A DNA stretch of 64,000 bases, taken from Styela clava. Taxonomy: Eukaryota. Positions 12,380-26,300 of the stretch are shown piece by piece. The notes beneath the pieces are model-generated. The model made no database searches and was not told the origin of the DNA. It worked only from the letters and a program-made list of their open reading frames with translations. The translations under genes were made by a program, and so were the position numbers. The stretch lies in contig NC_135259.1 of assembly GCF_964204865.1 (NCBI RefSeq), forward strand, positions 3,596,001-3,660,000. Reading direction: 5' to 3'. Numbering within the stretch: position 1 is the first letter of the stretch; the number at the start of each line of letters is the position of its first letter.

Positions 12380-15300
12380 CGCGTCTCCAACTCAACCGTG
12401 AATTGTGCGAGATTTCCCCACCGCACTAGCTACCAGAAAAAAAGCGACAAATTTGAAAAGTTGTTGTCTTTGCGTTATGGTGTTATATGCTTTTTCTTTG
12501 CATTTAACGTATCGTTCAATTGTATATTTTGCAAAAAACGTACCCACCGTTCCGTAAATTTAGAAGCGTCAAACCAGATTAACAGATTACCGGAACCAAA
12601 CAAAAGGGAGACTGAAGAACGTAGCTCTAGATTGAAATGGGCAAACACGCCACAAAGATTGGTGAAGGGACCACGAACCAGACGACTAATTAACGTGGTG
12701 TTAGAAAGACCAAATTTGTTCCCATCTCTTTCAATCACATCGAAAGAACAACGCTCACAGCCATCTTCTATTCTTGAGGACCCCAACCATTGTGACCAAA
12801 ATTGTCTGCCACCACCCCCAGAGTTCGAGAGCAGGCCGTCAAAAAGATGCTGCACAAATAGTAGATATGTTCGACATGCCGAGTCCAAATTGAGAATCAA
12901 TAATGGGACTACTAGCCATATCTAACCCCCTCGGCATTGCTACTAATGAAAAGATGTTAAATGACTTTGGCACCAATCACAGTTGGATGAAAAGATCTAT
13001 GTTCGAGATACACCGAGCATTGCGTAAAATGGGCATCCAGCTTGACGCGAGAATATGTTAGATCCAGACGTTGTTCGATTATTTCGTGACCTTAGGGCGA
13101 AGCTACCTGAATCTTTGAGAATATTCTCGTCCCGCAAAAGTCCCCAACATTACTGAAAAGAGCCAGCCTGTTTGGGAGATATTTTGGGTACAGACCAAAA
13201 TCCCGGGATAGAACTCCTTGGCGAAAGATGTCGCACTGGAACTCGCAACTAACTCAAGCTACAACCAATGAAGCAACAGCCCCGGTTAACTACATCCAAC
13301 CCAACTGAACAGAACAAGAGATGCAACAAGGCCTGGATTTAGCGGAAAACTAGTACGGAAGTTGATGGAACCGGTACAGCAACTCCTCGAAACAAATGTT
13401 ACCCTGTAAATATTTAAAAATTATGAACTATGAACTCCTGCCTCTTATGTATTTGAAGGATGAAAAAACCGGAGCCACATTTTTACCTGATACCGGTGGC
13501 GTACCGAACTTAATGACAATGAAAACAGCAAAACAGGCATACCCACAAAGTTGGAAGATCGCCGCCTCCCTTCTATGATCCTAAAGGCCATAGGCGTATC
13601 TTGTCAAGTAAATTCCCTAATGATAGTAAATATGGACGGGCTTGAAGTTCCTTTTATCACGGGGCAAGAGATTCCTCTAAATATAATTGGGTTCGGATGG
13701 CTGGGACAGGTGCATGCTTTGCAATCGATCCCCATAGAAATAAATACCTCATCGTCGTGCATGAGTAATTTGCCAATAACAGTCGGAGAACCAAGAGCAA
13801 CGACTCTTTTGTGCGGTCCGACGCGAAAGGGCAATTTATAGAGTCAAAAGCAGGGGTTCACCAACCCGTTGCCTGCGGGCACCAAGTCGCCCGTGAAGAC
13901 CACATGAGTCGCCCGCAGGTCTGTTCCAAAATAAGCTTAATAACGAATTAATATTTGTCATGTTATTCTTGTATAAATCGCACTTATGACTTATTTGGGA
14001 ACTGGGAAGAACACTATGTTAAATATTATGGGAACGATCATTCTAACTTTTATTTGATCTCAGTAATGGAACGGGTCATTTATTACTCTCCTAATTATGA
14101 CATCACACAGATGTCACCTTCCACGAACTCGCGTATTTTCGTGTACGTTGATTTGTGGGACAGCAATTCCAAAAATACAATTATTGATTTCAAAGAATGA
14201 CGGCAGAGAAAAGACAGAAAATCTACCATTTTCACGATGAATGGGAGGTGGATTACTTTTCACCACCGTGAAAACAGCTTGCGTATTTCTCATTTGCAGG
14301 GCGATTATAGCGACGACAAAGCGAAGAGACATTTCAAATCTTGCCACTCACTATCCATTGGTCAGCTCAGTACGGGCAGAAAAAGCTCGCCTTTTAAATC
14401 AAACAGCAATCCTATGTTACGAGATTAGTGTTTGGTTCAAGCCATCTTTGTGAATCAACATTTTTTGACATGAACTTCACAAGAAACTAAGCACGGAATA
14501 CGCCGGGATGAGGAGCAAATCAGGAGGATAGAATCCCAGCCTTGAATCAAGGGGGTCAAGTCTTGGACTTCCGGGAGAAGCACGGAATGCAGGAAAATCA
14601 TCTGTCATGCCTAAGCCAAATAAACAAGTTACGACGTACGAAACAATAATAAATTATGCATTGAAATAAGGCACATCAAACAAAGTAAGACAAGAAGGTT
14701 GAGCGCTGAGGCGATAGCCCTTGCAAAGGAAGCCTATCTTAATTCACCTGAAAATACCATAATCTCGGAAGAAGAACGGAGGAAAGTATATGGGCCCTAT
14801 GCCAGAGAAAACCTTTTGTCTGAGGACCGTGAGGGGGAAAGGGCCTAGCGGAAGCACTCGAAAAAGCCGTGAAATATTTTCTGGGACTCGGAGTAATAGA
14901 GCCTGGGTTCTCAGAATGAAAACTGGCGATATTCGTAGTTCCCCGGAAGATGAAAAAGCGAAAAAGGCAATAAGCGGGCTGGCAACAATCTTGGAGAGTC
15001 GTACAAAGTCCTCAACCCTTGAAGCCTGCAATCAAACCGATTGAAATACCACCCCCACTAATACCCGATATAGAGCAAATGACCCAGGAAAGGGATGTTC
15101 TAACGCTTCTTGACCTAAAGAAAGCCTATTTTCATTGCGATGTGACAGATACGATGAGACAATACGGGAGTATTTGGTCTACTAAAGAGAATGAAAGAAA
15201 ACTCGAAAAACCCAAGTCCTCGAATACTGATACAAAGATGGCTGAATCATTTATCAGGATTTCAAATAGGTAAAGTAATACACCAATCTACTAGAGAAAT

Positions 15301-15960
15301 TTTTACCTCCGATGGTCTCTCTCGTGCATTCTAGTTGGAAATGTCCCTTACGCCAAATGAAACAGGCGCTTGGGCAACACATACTATGTCGCCAGACAAA
15401 ACGAAGAAAAGAGAAAAAATACAGCGAGCCCTGGTAACCCACAGCAGACATGAAGAATGCTCATTTGCGAGCAAAGGTTTCCACCCATGGGAACAATTGC
15501 AGAATCTTTCACAGAAACAATTTGGCGTCAGATACCAAGAAGCTTACTTGCAGGAAGTAATGTAAGGCAGTGAAAGAGCTATCGTTGCAGAAAATGGCTT
15601 AGCATCAGCGTACGGCCAGCGTATAATGAATATTTTAGTAACGAAACACTATATCATGTAACGCGAGCAAGAAACGTAGAATTCATACTACAAACTGGTT
15701 TGAAAACCCTGACGCGAAAGTACATACATTTTACTAGAACAAGAAAGGCAAAAGTTCGGAAGAAAATGAGAGAAATCTCAATTGATCGGAACGCGCTAAG
15801 AGACGTGGATTTATCGGTATTGGAAACAACTAACCCGGTGTTATTATGTGAGGGGCCGATACCAAGGGAACTGATCGAAATCAGAGAGGTTGACAAGTTT
15901 ACGAGCTAACCGCTAAGGAAATTTACGAGATAGATATGATTCATCTGCCTGTGCCGACTT
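12380..15960 (+). mobile_element. Degenerate LTR retrotransposon (probably Ty3/Gypsy order), fragmented
   Basis: GC-richer, purine-skewed block with broken frames. Contains a gag-like stretch (LPPPPEFES), a protease-like YLKDEKTGATFLPDTGG (about 13450-13500), an RT-like LTLLDLKKAYFH (about 15100-15135) and an integrase-like EIYEIDMIHLP (about 15918-15950), in PR-RT-IN order. Paired LTRs were not identified. Confidence 0.65.
13851..13925 (+). mobile_element. hAT-like terminus nested in the retrotransposon remnant
   Basis: CAGGGGTTCACCAACC followed by GC-rich subterminal repeats (GTCGCCCG x2), then an abrupt switch to AT-rich sequence. Confidence 0.55.
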
Positions 15961-17426
15961 ATTTCCGTAATGAAAACATTTTTTCGCTGTGTGACACGGA
16001 ATGCAACGGCGGGTTGTTAACGTGGTCCGTATGAGATGTTGATATCGGTGCCTTGGCTGCTACGCGAGTTGGATTCGACAAGGAAGCAACATTAACCAAG
16101 TTTGGATAGCAGTTTGGCAAGAAAGATATTTTGTTATGCCAGTTTTTCGGATTCATTCGATTCGATCATGCAACGCTGCAATATCATATATGAGCACTGG
16201 GCGTTCTAATATACGAGTATTGTGTGCTCATTTTGACCTCTGAAGGAGTTCAGTTGGGTTTACTCCGCGAAAGTACGATTGATAGTATTAACAAATAGGG
16301 ACCACGTTTGCTGAACAGTGATGAAGTGTTTTGAATATTTTTATAATTAAAGTCCATCACAGTTCCTATGATTTATATCTTATGGCTTTTACCTGGCATA
16401 TATATGCTAGAACTGTGTTTTATATTGAATATACTGGACTAAAATTGATATTTCGAGAATTCATAATTGAGATTAAATTTGTTAGTGAATTTTATCTAAG
16501 GAACATGGGGTTGTAGTGGAAGGACTGAATTTTTTCCTATTCATTGTTTCATTTATATAACTTTATGTCGTGTTCAGAAGAGTGTGGAGTCAGAGCCATT
16601 GATTTAACTGATATATTTTCTACTGAAATAGATTTCACAATTATTGATTGACTCTCAGCACTTCTGTCCGCACTGCCCCGTTTTCGAATTGCACCATGAC
16701 TTCCTTGTCCGACTGCTGTTAAAAATGGACGTGTTTTACTTTATTTCATTATATATTCAATCTGTGCATTTCTGATTTTCAGTACTTAGTAGATTTCTTT
16801 ACTAATCATCAAACTATCAAACCTATCGTGTCGCTTTGCAGCAGATCGAATCTTTTGTGGGCCTTGCGAACTTGGCGTATTCGTGAAACCGCTTCGCTGC
16901 AGTTTATGAAACTATTTCTGAATGATATTCCCAATCTTTATAATTTTGCCACATCCGCGACTGTTTTTCTCTTTGCATCTTTTACCAAATACTGCCTATA
17001 AATTGATAACACTTGTTTCTCAGGTTACTGAATAAGAATTCTTGCAAATGATGAGTGGCTTTTCAGCATACGTTTAGGTATTTACTATCTATTGACAAAC
17101 TTTTGACATCAAAAGTATTACCAACTCATTTGTTGGCGTCTCGTCCTCGTGAGTGCAATTCTGAATCAAATGACTATTTTCTACAATGCCTTATTTCAAA
17201 ATAACAAGAACAAATGTAATATTTCAATCTATGTATACGCATTGGGGGCTGAACAGAAAGCCTAGATATGCAACCACGGTGTTTCAGATGCAAACCCAAA
17301 GACAAATTAGATAGTCAGTAATTACACATTGGAATTTTTCAAAATTTAGAGCGGTGATCTGGTAAACATTGCCATAAATATAACAGAATACTTATGAAAC
17401 TAATATATTCTGTTTTCTGTGAAAAA

Positions 17427-20400
17427 TTACATGGATAATGAATTCAGCAAGCCACCATCCATTGGAAGAGTGATTCCCGTAGTAACGGGCGATGAACAAA
17501 GATAAAGAATACCATCAGCTACTTGTTCGGAACTGATAATTCCAAGTGGCTGTTTTTTCATATAGACTGCTATCATCTAAATTAAGAACACACGATTTGA
17601 CTTAAGAGTAACATTATTTCAATTGTTTGTCCTCATAATTATACGCATGAATGCCTAGAAGTATAGTAATAGCTTGTTAATTCTGTTTATAAGTAATATT
17701 GACTTGAATTAACTTGAATTTTACCAGCGTTTCAAAAGATGGGTACGTATGTTGAATATCACAAAAGTGTTACACCATAAACACATATAACCCAAGTTAT
17801 TAAACAAGAATTTAGCGTTGAAAAATAACAATAATGACGTTCATAAGATCTCACTTAAAATAGTGATAAATTGGATTAATACTATTGTTTAATAAATGTC
17901 ATTCATTTTAACAAAATAATAATTCCTTATCATAATCCTGCGATGATAAAATTATAATTGACGGCATGATGTTTCTCGTTCAGTATCATTGAATGGATGT
18001 CACAAAATATTGTCTTGAAACTTATCTGAAATTGATTATCTCAAAATCTTTTCCCACGCCTTTCGTGAAACATAACAAAGACGATTTTACATAATAATGT
18101 TTCTCAGCTCTTACCTTGTCCACCGTTTCCTTTGGTATATTCAAGTTCTCTCCAAACCTTGTTCCAACTACAGCAGGACTTAAAAGTGATTTTTTATTTA
18201 TCAAAAATAAATTCACTCATTACCAGTTATTAGTCACAGTGACATTTTGGGGTCAATTTACAAATTAAATATATTTGAAACTATCTTTATAGAGTATCTT
18301 TTTGAAATATTTGTTTATGATAATTAAGATGCAATTTTACGTTTATAAATTGATTGGTGGCGACATAAAAATTGACCAGGACAATAAAAACGTAAAAAGC
18401 TCGCTTACTTAATGCAGTTGACTCGAACACCAAAAGGTGCACATTCTGAAATAGATTAATTCCCGTTAATTAATTAATACATAATATTTTATCAACTTAT
18501 ACTAACTTATTCGATTAAACGCGATAATGCAGTACATTGATTCAACTTTGAGTCTATTTTATGTACCTGCTGAAAATCCCCTTGTAAAATGATCAAGTGC
18601 AGATTTTGTCATGCTATATGGAACAGATTGCGGGGTGGCATGAAGTGAAGAACAGCTTGACACGTTAACCACACAACCTGAAAATTAAGTATAGGTTTAT
18701 ATATAAAATAAGTAAGTTGTTCTATGAAACCTTCATTATATTACGTTTTTATGCAAATATTGCTTCAATCGTACATAGACGAAACAAAATTTTAGTTTTT
18801 TGCAAAGACATGTTAAAAAAGGATCATGATTTACATCTTGAAATGCGTATTCTGTAAATCAATTTTATATTCTTTTAAATGCGGAATTTCATTACTCCTT
18901 ACATATATTGCCCAATTATTTGACGGTACTAATGTTCTTTATACAAAACCATTTATGTTTCCGATAAAAAAAATACCAGATTAAAAATGTATTAATTTTA
19001 GTTTTTTGTAATTGCTAACGCGCAATCCACCCACCACCTCTTTGCAAGTCAGTGTTCGCCCGTAACTTTGCCCAGAGATAAGTTTCTTTTATTGTGGGTA
19101 CGCATGACCTTGCTTTGAGCAACTTTTGAAAAAAAAAATATTCAACTTCAAAAAGGAAATTTGAGCATACCTTTAGTTTTCTTTAAATGTGGCAAAGCAT
19201 ATTTGCAGAGAAACACTGGAGCGCGAAGATTGGCGTTGAATATTCGTTCGTATTCATCTAGTTCAAGCTACGAATGAAGAAAATTAACATTTATATATAA
19301 TTAGAAAAGTCGTCGACTCGAAACTAATTTGAGTCACCATAAAATCATGGTTAATTAATGATGAAAATGCATGTGTCATGAAATGTTCAAAACATGACAA
19401 GAGCTATACAGTATTACAAATATTGATGTCCGACTCATAGCATTGGAGTATTTTGTCGTAACGACTCCAGTCACACACACCAAGTCATAATTTAATTTGC
19501 CAATATTGCTTCTACAATTGATTCAATTTTATGCCTTTTTTATTACTTTTTTTATCAGTTACGTAATTTCTTGTCAAGGTATTATTACTTATTGATCTCG
19601 ATCGGTAAGTATGTTGATAGGTATTTGTCTGTTAGACACTTTCGTATGTTACGCGATATCTCACGAAAGCGAGTTTAATCTGCTCAAAATTTTGCGTGGG
19701 CATTCTCCATATCTCGGACCAGAAGCTTATTGCTTTTGAATGAATTATGTCGTATAATTAGAGAGCGTTTAATCAATTAGGGATGGGACACGTGGTGTCG
19801 CTATTGAATCAGAGCGAAGGAATCGAAACCGCAGATTCTGTTTTGGGAATCCCCCAACTTTCGTCGCTGCGAAGATCGATAAGTCGACGGTCTCCGATCG
19901 CTATCTAGTCCACATATCATATATTAGTTACCTACCGTCTCGACTGTTTCTGCTCTTCCATATCCGGCGTTGTTGATAAGAATATCGATTCCACCAAACT
20001 TTTCTACAGATTGTTTGACTAAACTTTCTAGATTTTCAAATTTTACTAAATCTGCAATAACTTCCAGAACCTGGAAAAATAACCAGTAACGCGTTGACAT
20101 TGTGAATTCCGTATGAATAAACACATAAAAACGCCATGCATAAGAGACTCTATGTGTTTTTTTACCTGAGCACCAGCGGCTTCACACTTTTTTGCTGTTT
20201 CCTGCAAACGTTCCTTGTTTCGCCCAGTAACAACAACGTTAGCACCTTCATTTGCAAATAATACTGCTGTTGCGGCCCCGATACCACTGGAAGCGCCTTA
20301 AAAATCGAAATCGCGATGACAATTATGGCGCGATTACTTTTTTTGATACCAGCAGTCGTTGGTTATCATTTTCATGTAATAGGATAATTGGAGTATGCAC

Positions 20401-20654
20401 AAAAAGATAAACAGAAAACGTCTGTAATAAGATATTTAAGCCCCTCCCTACTAAAGCTTAATGCGATGTGTAGTATGAATGTGTGTTTTATCACTTCAAG
20501 GATTTAGCTTTTTGACTTTAAAATATTCTAGACAAATGTTGCGACAAAATAGTGTAGACTAACCAATATTGGACTTATCAAACATACACAAATTATCAAA
20601 CATAAAGAAGTACTTACCAGTTACAATAACAACTTTCTTGTCGAATTTTCCCAT
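17427..20654 (-). CDS. Classical short-chain dehydrogenase/reductase (FabG/carbonyl reductase-like), copy 1, 8 exons
   Basis: MGKFDKKVVIVTG|ASSGIGAATAVLFANEGANVVVTGRNKERL...|...GGIDILINNAGYG...|...IFNANLRAP...|GCVVNVSSCSSLHATPQSVPYSMTKSALDHFTR...|ECAPFGVRVNCIN|PAVVGT...|...VTTGITLPMDGGLLNSLSM*. TGxxxGxG, NNAG, catalytic S and YxxxK are all present. Confidence 0.93.
19586..19909 (-). mobile_element. Non-autonomous interspersed repeat (Helentron/HINE-like) in an SDR copy 1 intron
   Basis: Absent from the matching intron of SDR copy 2. An inverted second copy lies at about 59440-59742. Terminal hairpin ACTTATTGATCTCGATCGGTAAGT, and a related sequence GATCGATAAGT near the other end. Confidence 0.65.
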
Positions 20655-20713
20655 TTCTGAGCCTCTTCTGATTCCAACTTGCTTTGAATGAATTGCTGTC
20701 AATTCACATGGCG

Positions 20714-20757
20714 GATATATATAATGGCTTTTTGTAACTGCAAAACTGCCGAGTCGT
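20714..20757 (-). promoter_or_regulatory. SDR copy 1 proximal promoter: TATA-like box plus variant ARE
   Basis: TTATATATAT about 60 nt upstream of the ATG. ACGACTCGGCA (20747-20757) sits at the position of the perfect ARE in copy 2. Confidence 0.45.
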
Positions 20758-23385
20758 GTCCGTTCTTAAGTAAATGCTCTGAAGCATTTTTCAATACACG
20801 ATAGAGACGTTGCAAATATTGACAGTCTTGAACACATATATATATACTACTTTTCTAATGCCATGGCATGTGGTTCTTTACATCGCAAATCAGTCGTCTG
20901 TACAAACAAGTTATAAATGCTCATGTACTGGAACGAAGTAGCTAGCTTTTGAGGTTCTTGTATTTTTTGTCCTTATAGTTTAATGCGAGACCACGTGGAA
21001 GCTTTTTTTTGTTTCTCACCAGAAATTTTTATGAGGGGAATTCACATGATTTGTGTTCCGACTCAACCACCTCTATATTCTCGGCCATCCATGCCCAAAT
21101 TCTAAGAGCATTAACACACAAGTGCAAAAATATTGCATTTCAATAATACCATGTTCTTAATTTAGATGAAAGAACGCTACATCCAAATTCTTGGCGACTT
21201 GGGATCATTGATTCTGAACAAATAGCTGATATCTCTATCTCTATGACTCATCAATTACCCGACGAAATATTGTGTGTTTGTTAACTTGTTTTCAACAAGT
21301 TATTTAATTTATTGTTTTGTTCAATTGTATTATATTTCATGCACAACGGAAATGAATATCTGAATCAGAGATGAACATAAACTTTTATATCCATAACTCA
21401 GTAGCTGTATGTGCCAATTTTAGCACACGCATCACCACCAAAATACTCCAAAATGCTGAAGGAATCTTTAAAAACAGCTAAACGATCCATCACCACTGCT
21501 TTATCGTTCACCACCACCGATTTTTCTACCTCCAGCAGAGCGATGTGTAATGTATACGTTACTCAGCGGCATAACCTAGTGGGCCAATATAAAAACATCA
21601 CTTGACTAAAATAGAACGTGTTTTTGCCGATGTGAAAATTTGACCACGATACATGAAAGAGGTAAGGTTCATGTGTATATTTCGTTATAACTGTTATTTG
21701 GATCGATTCGATCGTTCAATGTTGCATCATCATTTATGAACACTTAGCATTCCAATTTATTGTGTCCTCATTTGACCTCTGAAGGAGTTCAGTGAGGTTC
21801 ACTCCGCGAAAGTACGTTTAATAATACTGGAAAATAACAAGCAGATAAGGACACGTCAGTGATGATTCAGAAGTGTTTTGATTATTTTTCAAATTGCCGT
21901 CCATCATAATTAATGTGTTTGATATCTTATGGCTTTCACTTACCACATGCTAGAACTGTGATTTTATATGGAATTTAGGCCTACTGAGCTGGGATTGATA
22001 TTTTAGGAATTCATATTGGAGAGTAAATTAGTTGGTGACTTTTTTCTACAGAACATGGGGTTGTGGTGAAGGGACTGAATTCTGTTTTATTTAATGTTTT
22101 ATTTATATTACTTAAATGCCCTGTTCAGAAATGTGTGGACTGTGGAGTCAGAGCCACGGTTTCAACTGATATATTTTCCACTTAAATAGATTTCACAATT
22201 GTTGAGTGACTCCCGGCACTTCTGTTTGAATTGCACCATGTCTTCCTTGTCTGACTGCTGTTAAAGATGGACGTGTTTTACTGCTTTTCTTATTTGTTCA
22301 ATCTATGCATTTCTGATTTTCAGTGCTTAGTAAATTTCTTTACTTGCGTTATCAAACTATCAAACCTATAGTGTCTTTTTGCATCGAGCCGAATCTTTTG
22401 TGGGCCTGGCGAACTTGGCGTATTCGTGAAACCGCACTGCTGCAAAAGTGTTCCTGAATGATATTCCCAAGTTTTCCCAAACACGGAAAAATTTCTAATC
22501 ATCCACTTTTTGATCAGACTTACGTTTGTAGTCTGGTAGTATTGGAACATTAATCGAGTCGCTCTTTTATGAACGCACCACGTTTCAACCATATCCCGAT
22601 ACCTTTGGATTTAAAAACACTTCGGTTTGTCAAAACGTTAATACGTTTATGAAAAGCTTGTCCATACCTTGCCCACTTCTGAATCCCTGAACACTGAATT
22701 TCATAGATTCACACAAAATTCTGACACTGAAACTTTTTCATTCAATCTTCATGAAGAAATTTTAGATTAAATTTAGTTTAACCAAAACTTAGTTACAAAG
22801 TGTATTGTTGCCACATCTGCGACTGTTTTTCTTTCTGGGTCTCTAACCCAATACTGTCTGTAAATTAATATCTTCCTATAGGTTACTGCACAGGAATTTT
22901 TGCAAATGATAAGTGGTCTTTTAGCATACGTTTAGGTATTTACAATCTCTTGACAAACTTCTGATATTAAAAGCATGACCAAAGGTATTATATTATTGCC
23001 ACATATCTTCAATAGCTGGCATTTGTTGGCGTCAACAATGTCACGGTCCTGATAACTTTTAGGACTCCCAACCAATCAAATTACCAAATAGCTCTTGCCA
23101 ACGAACACCCTCGTGAGTACAATTCAGACCAAAATTACTATTTGTTACATTGCTTTATTTCAAAATAACAAAAACAAATGTAATATTTTAATTTCTGTAG
23201 GGGCTGAACAGAAAGCCCAGATATGTAACCACGGTGTTTGAGATGCTAATCCAAAGAAAAAAATAGATAGTCAGTAATTAAACGTTGAAATTTCCAAAAT
23301 TTAGAGCGGTAATCTGGTAAGCTTTGCAAAAAATACCAGCAACAGAATATTTGTAGAACAAATATATTTTGTTCTCCGTGAAACA

Positions 23386-26300
23386 TTACATGGATGATGA
23401 ATTCAGCAAGCCTCCATCCATTGGAAGAGTGATTCCCGTAGTAACGGGCGATGAGCAAAGATAAAGAATACCATCAGCTACTTGTTCGGAACTGATAATA
23501 CCCAGTGGCTGTCTTTTCATATAGGCACCAATCAACTGAATTAAGAACACATATTTTCAATCGAATGTAATATTTTTTAATTTGTTTGTACGTATATATA
23601 CGCATATATACGCATGAATGGCTAGGAACACGGCGATAGCTTGGTAATTCTGTCTATAAAAGCGTTACACCATAGACACAAATAACCCAAATTCTTAAAC
23701 AAGAATATTGCTGTGACAATAAAGGCAATGACTTTCAAAAGATCTTACATTAAATAAGGACAAATTGGATTAATACTATAATTTGTAAATGTCATTCATT
23801 TTAACATAAAAAATATTTCTCCTTTTCAAGTTGATCCTTATCATAATCCTTCGATGATAATTTATAATTGACGGCAGAACGGTTTTTCGCTCAGTATCAT
23901 TGAATGCATGCCACAAAATATTGTTTTAAAAGCCATCTGAAATTGAGTATCTCAAAAACCTATCCCACGTCTTTTGTAAAATAGAACAAGGACGATTTTA
24001 GATAATAGTATTTTCAAACTCGTACCTTGTCCATCGTTTCCTTTGGTATATTCAAGTTCTCTCCAAACCTTGTTCCAACTACAGCAGGACTTAAATAAGA
24101 TATTTCATTCATCAGAAATAAAATTACTCATTACCAGTTAGCTCCAGTTACGCATTACCATTACCTATAGCCACAGTGAAATTTTTGGGTGGGATTAAAA
24201 ATTAAATACATTTGAAACTATGTATATAAAGTATCTTTCTGGAATATCTGTGTATAATTTGTTATGATCTGTTTATAATATATGTTTACATGTTTAGGAC
24301 AATAAAAACGTAAAAAGTTTGCGTACTTGATGCAGTTGACTCGTACTTTAAAAGGTGCACACTCTGAAATAGATTAATTGTCGTTAATTAGTTCATAATA
24401 TTATTTTTTCAACTCATACTAAATTATTTGATTAAACGCAAGTACATTGATTAAACTGTATTTTACTGTGTATTTTATGTACCTGCTGAAAATCCCCTTG
24501 TAAAATGATCAAGTGCAGACTTTGTCATGCTATATGGAACAGATTGCGGGGTGGCTTGGAGTGAAGCACAGCTTGACACGTTAACCACACAACCTGAAAA
24601 TTAAATATAAGTTTATTTATGAAATAAGTAAGTTGTTCCATGGAACATCATTATATTACGTTTTTATGCAGATTTTGCTTCAATCGTACATATAGACCAG
24701 TGGTTCCCAACCGGTGGGAAATTTCCCACTAGTGGGAAATTTGGGAGTTGCTGGTGGGAAATAGAATGCCCCTCTAAAAATATACGCGCAATAACACAAT
24801 TATTATATACTACACAATGAAAATCACCATATATATAAGCCACGAAGCGGAAAAAGATTCCCATTCAATTAATCGAAAATTTGGTAAAATAGCACGGCGT
24901 TGGCCATGATATTCGATCGATTTTCGTTGCAGACCTGCTAAGGGGGGCACTCTAATTTCAAATGTCTCTGAGATATTGGGTAGTCATACGCTCTGATGAA
25001 CAAATATCATTCTCAACTTTCCAATCAACTTTTAATAAAAGGTAATTATGACTAACGTAAAAAGAAATACGATCATAGTTATCTCGGCTACGTCTCATGT
25101 TTGTAAAGAAAAATTTTGAGCAACTTCTGCAATGCGTTGTTTGCCCTAAGACCATCTCCAATGGTCCTATGGAGCCCCATCAAATGAAGCAACATATTTC
25201 AAATATCCTTTTGCTTATCAGTTTGCTAAAAAAATCGCAAAATAAAAGCAAGATGAGATTCGACAGCAATTTCAAATAAGTTTAAAGGTGACTGCGTCTT
25301 ATGCAGTTGTCCTGCGAAAAGCAAGGACTAATAAGTCCCACATATTGGTGAGACATTGATGAAAATGTCCAATCAATGACATTTAATGTCATTGGTCCAA
25401 TAACAATGCGCTTTTTTAAAAATAGGTTCAAACATCCAGTTCATCATATCGAAAAAAAAAAAATTAAATTGATGGTACAATGTAAACTCTGATGTGGTCT
25501 TTGTAATCTTATGCGTTGAATTGCTCTTTTCGATGAAGAACACTAGTTTTCTTTACACGGATCGTCACTATCTTGAGATGCTAGATGGCGCAATTAATGT
25601 TCGTTCTCGCAGGGTTTCAACTTCTGCACCAATTGCAAAGTCTTTATTACAGGAAGTCTTACCAATTCAACAAAAAAATGTTCTTGTTAAGGGAGCTAAT
25701 ATGTAGTGGGAAATAATAACTCAGCCTAAATCGTAAGTGGGAAATTATGATAAAAAGGTTGGGAACCCCTGATATAGACGAAACAAATTTTTAGCTTTTT
25801 GCAAAAGTCTTGTTAAATCATGATTTACATTTTGAAATGCGTATTATGCAAATCAATTTTATATTCTACTAAAATTTTATTACTTCTCGCATAAATCCCC
25901 AAATTATTTAGCGGCACTAATGTTATTTATACAAAACTATTTATGTTTTCGGTAGAAAGAATATCACATCAAAAATGAATTTTGCAGATTATCGTAATTA
26001 CGCGCCATGCACCGCCAGTTCTTTATGGTTCCAGCAGCTCTTTTCCTGTCGGTAGTCGCTTGTAACTTTGCTCATAGATAAGTTTCATTTATTGTGGGTA
26101 CACGTGACATTGCTTTGAACAACTTTTTTTGGAAAAAATATTCAATTTTAAAAAGGAAATTTGACCCTACCTTTAGTTTTCTTTAAATGTGGCAAAGCAT
26201 ATTTGCAGAGAAACACTGGAGCGCGAAGATTGGCGTTGAATATTCGTTCGTATTCATCTAGTTCAAGCTATAAATGAGGAATAATATTAACCTACTGAAA

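Noticed and set aside
12655-12680. Possible primer-binding site TGGTGAAGGGACC after ...CCACA
   Set aside because: I could not match it to a specific tRNA 3' end or find a second LTR.
12398-12925. Overlapping 175-aa (+) and 141-aa (-) ORFs
   Set aside because: They lie within the decayed retrotransposon, the + ORF starts at GTG, and there are no host-gene motifs or splice structure.
13955-14470. Cluster of short ORFs inside the retroelement
   Set aside because: No recognisable domain. It is probably another nested repeat that I cannot classify.
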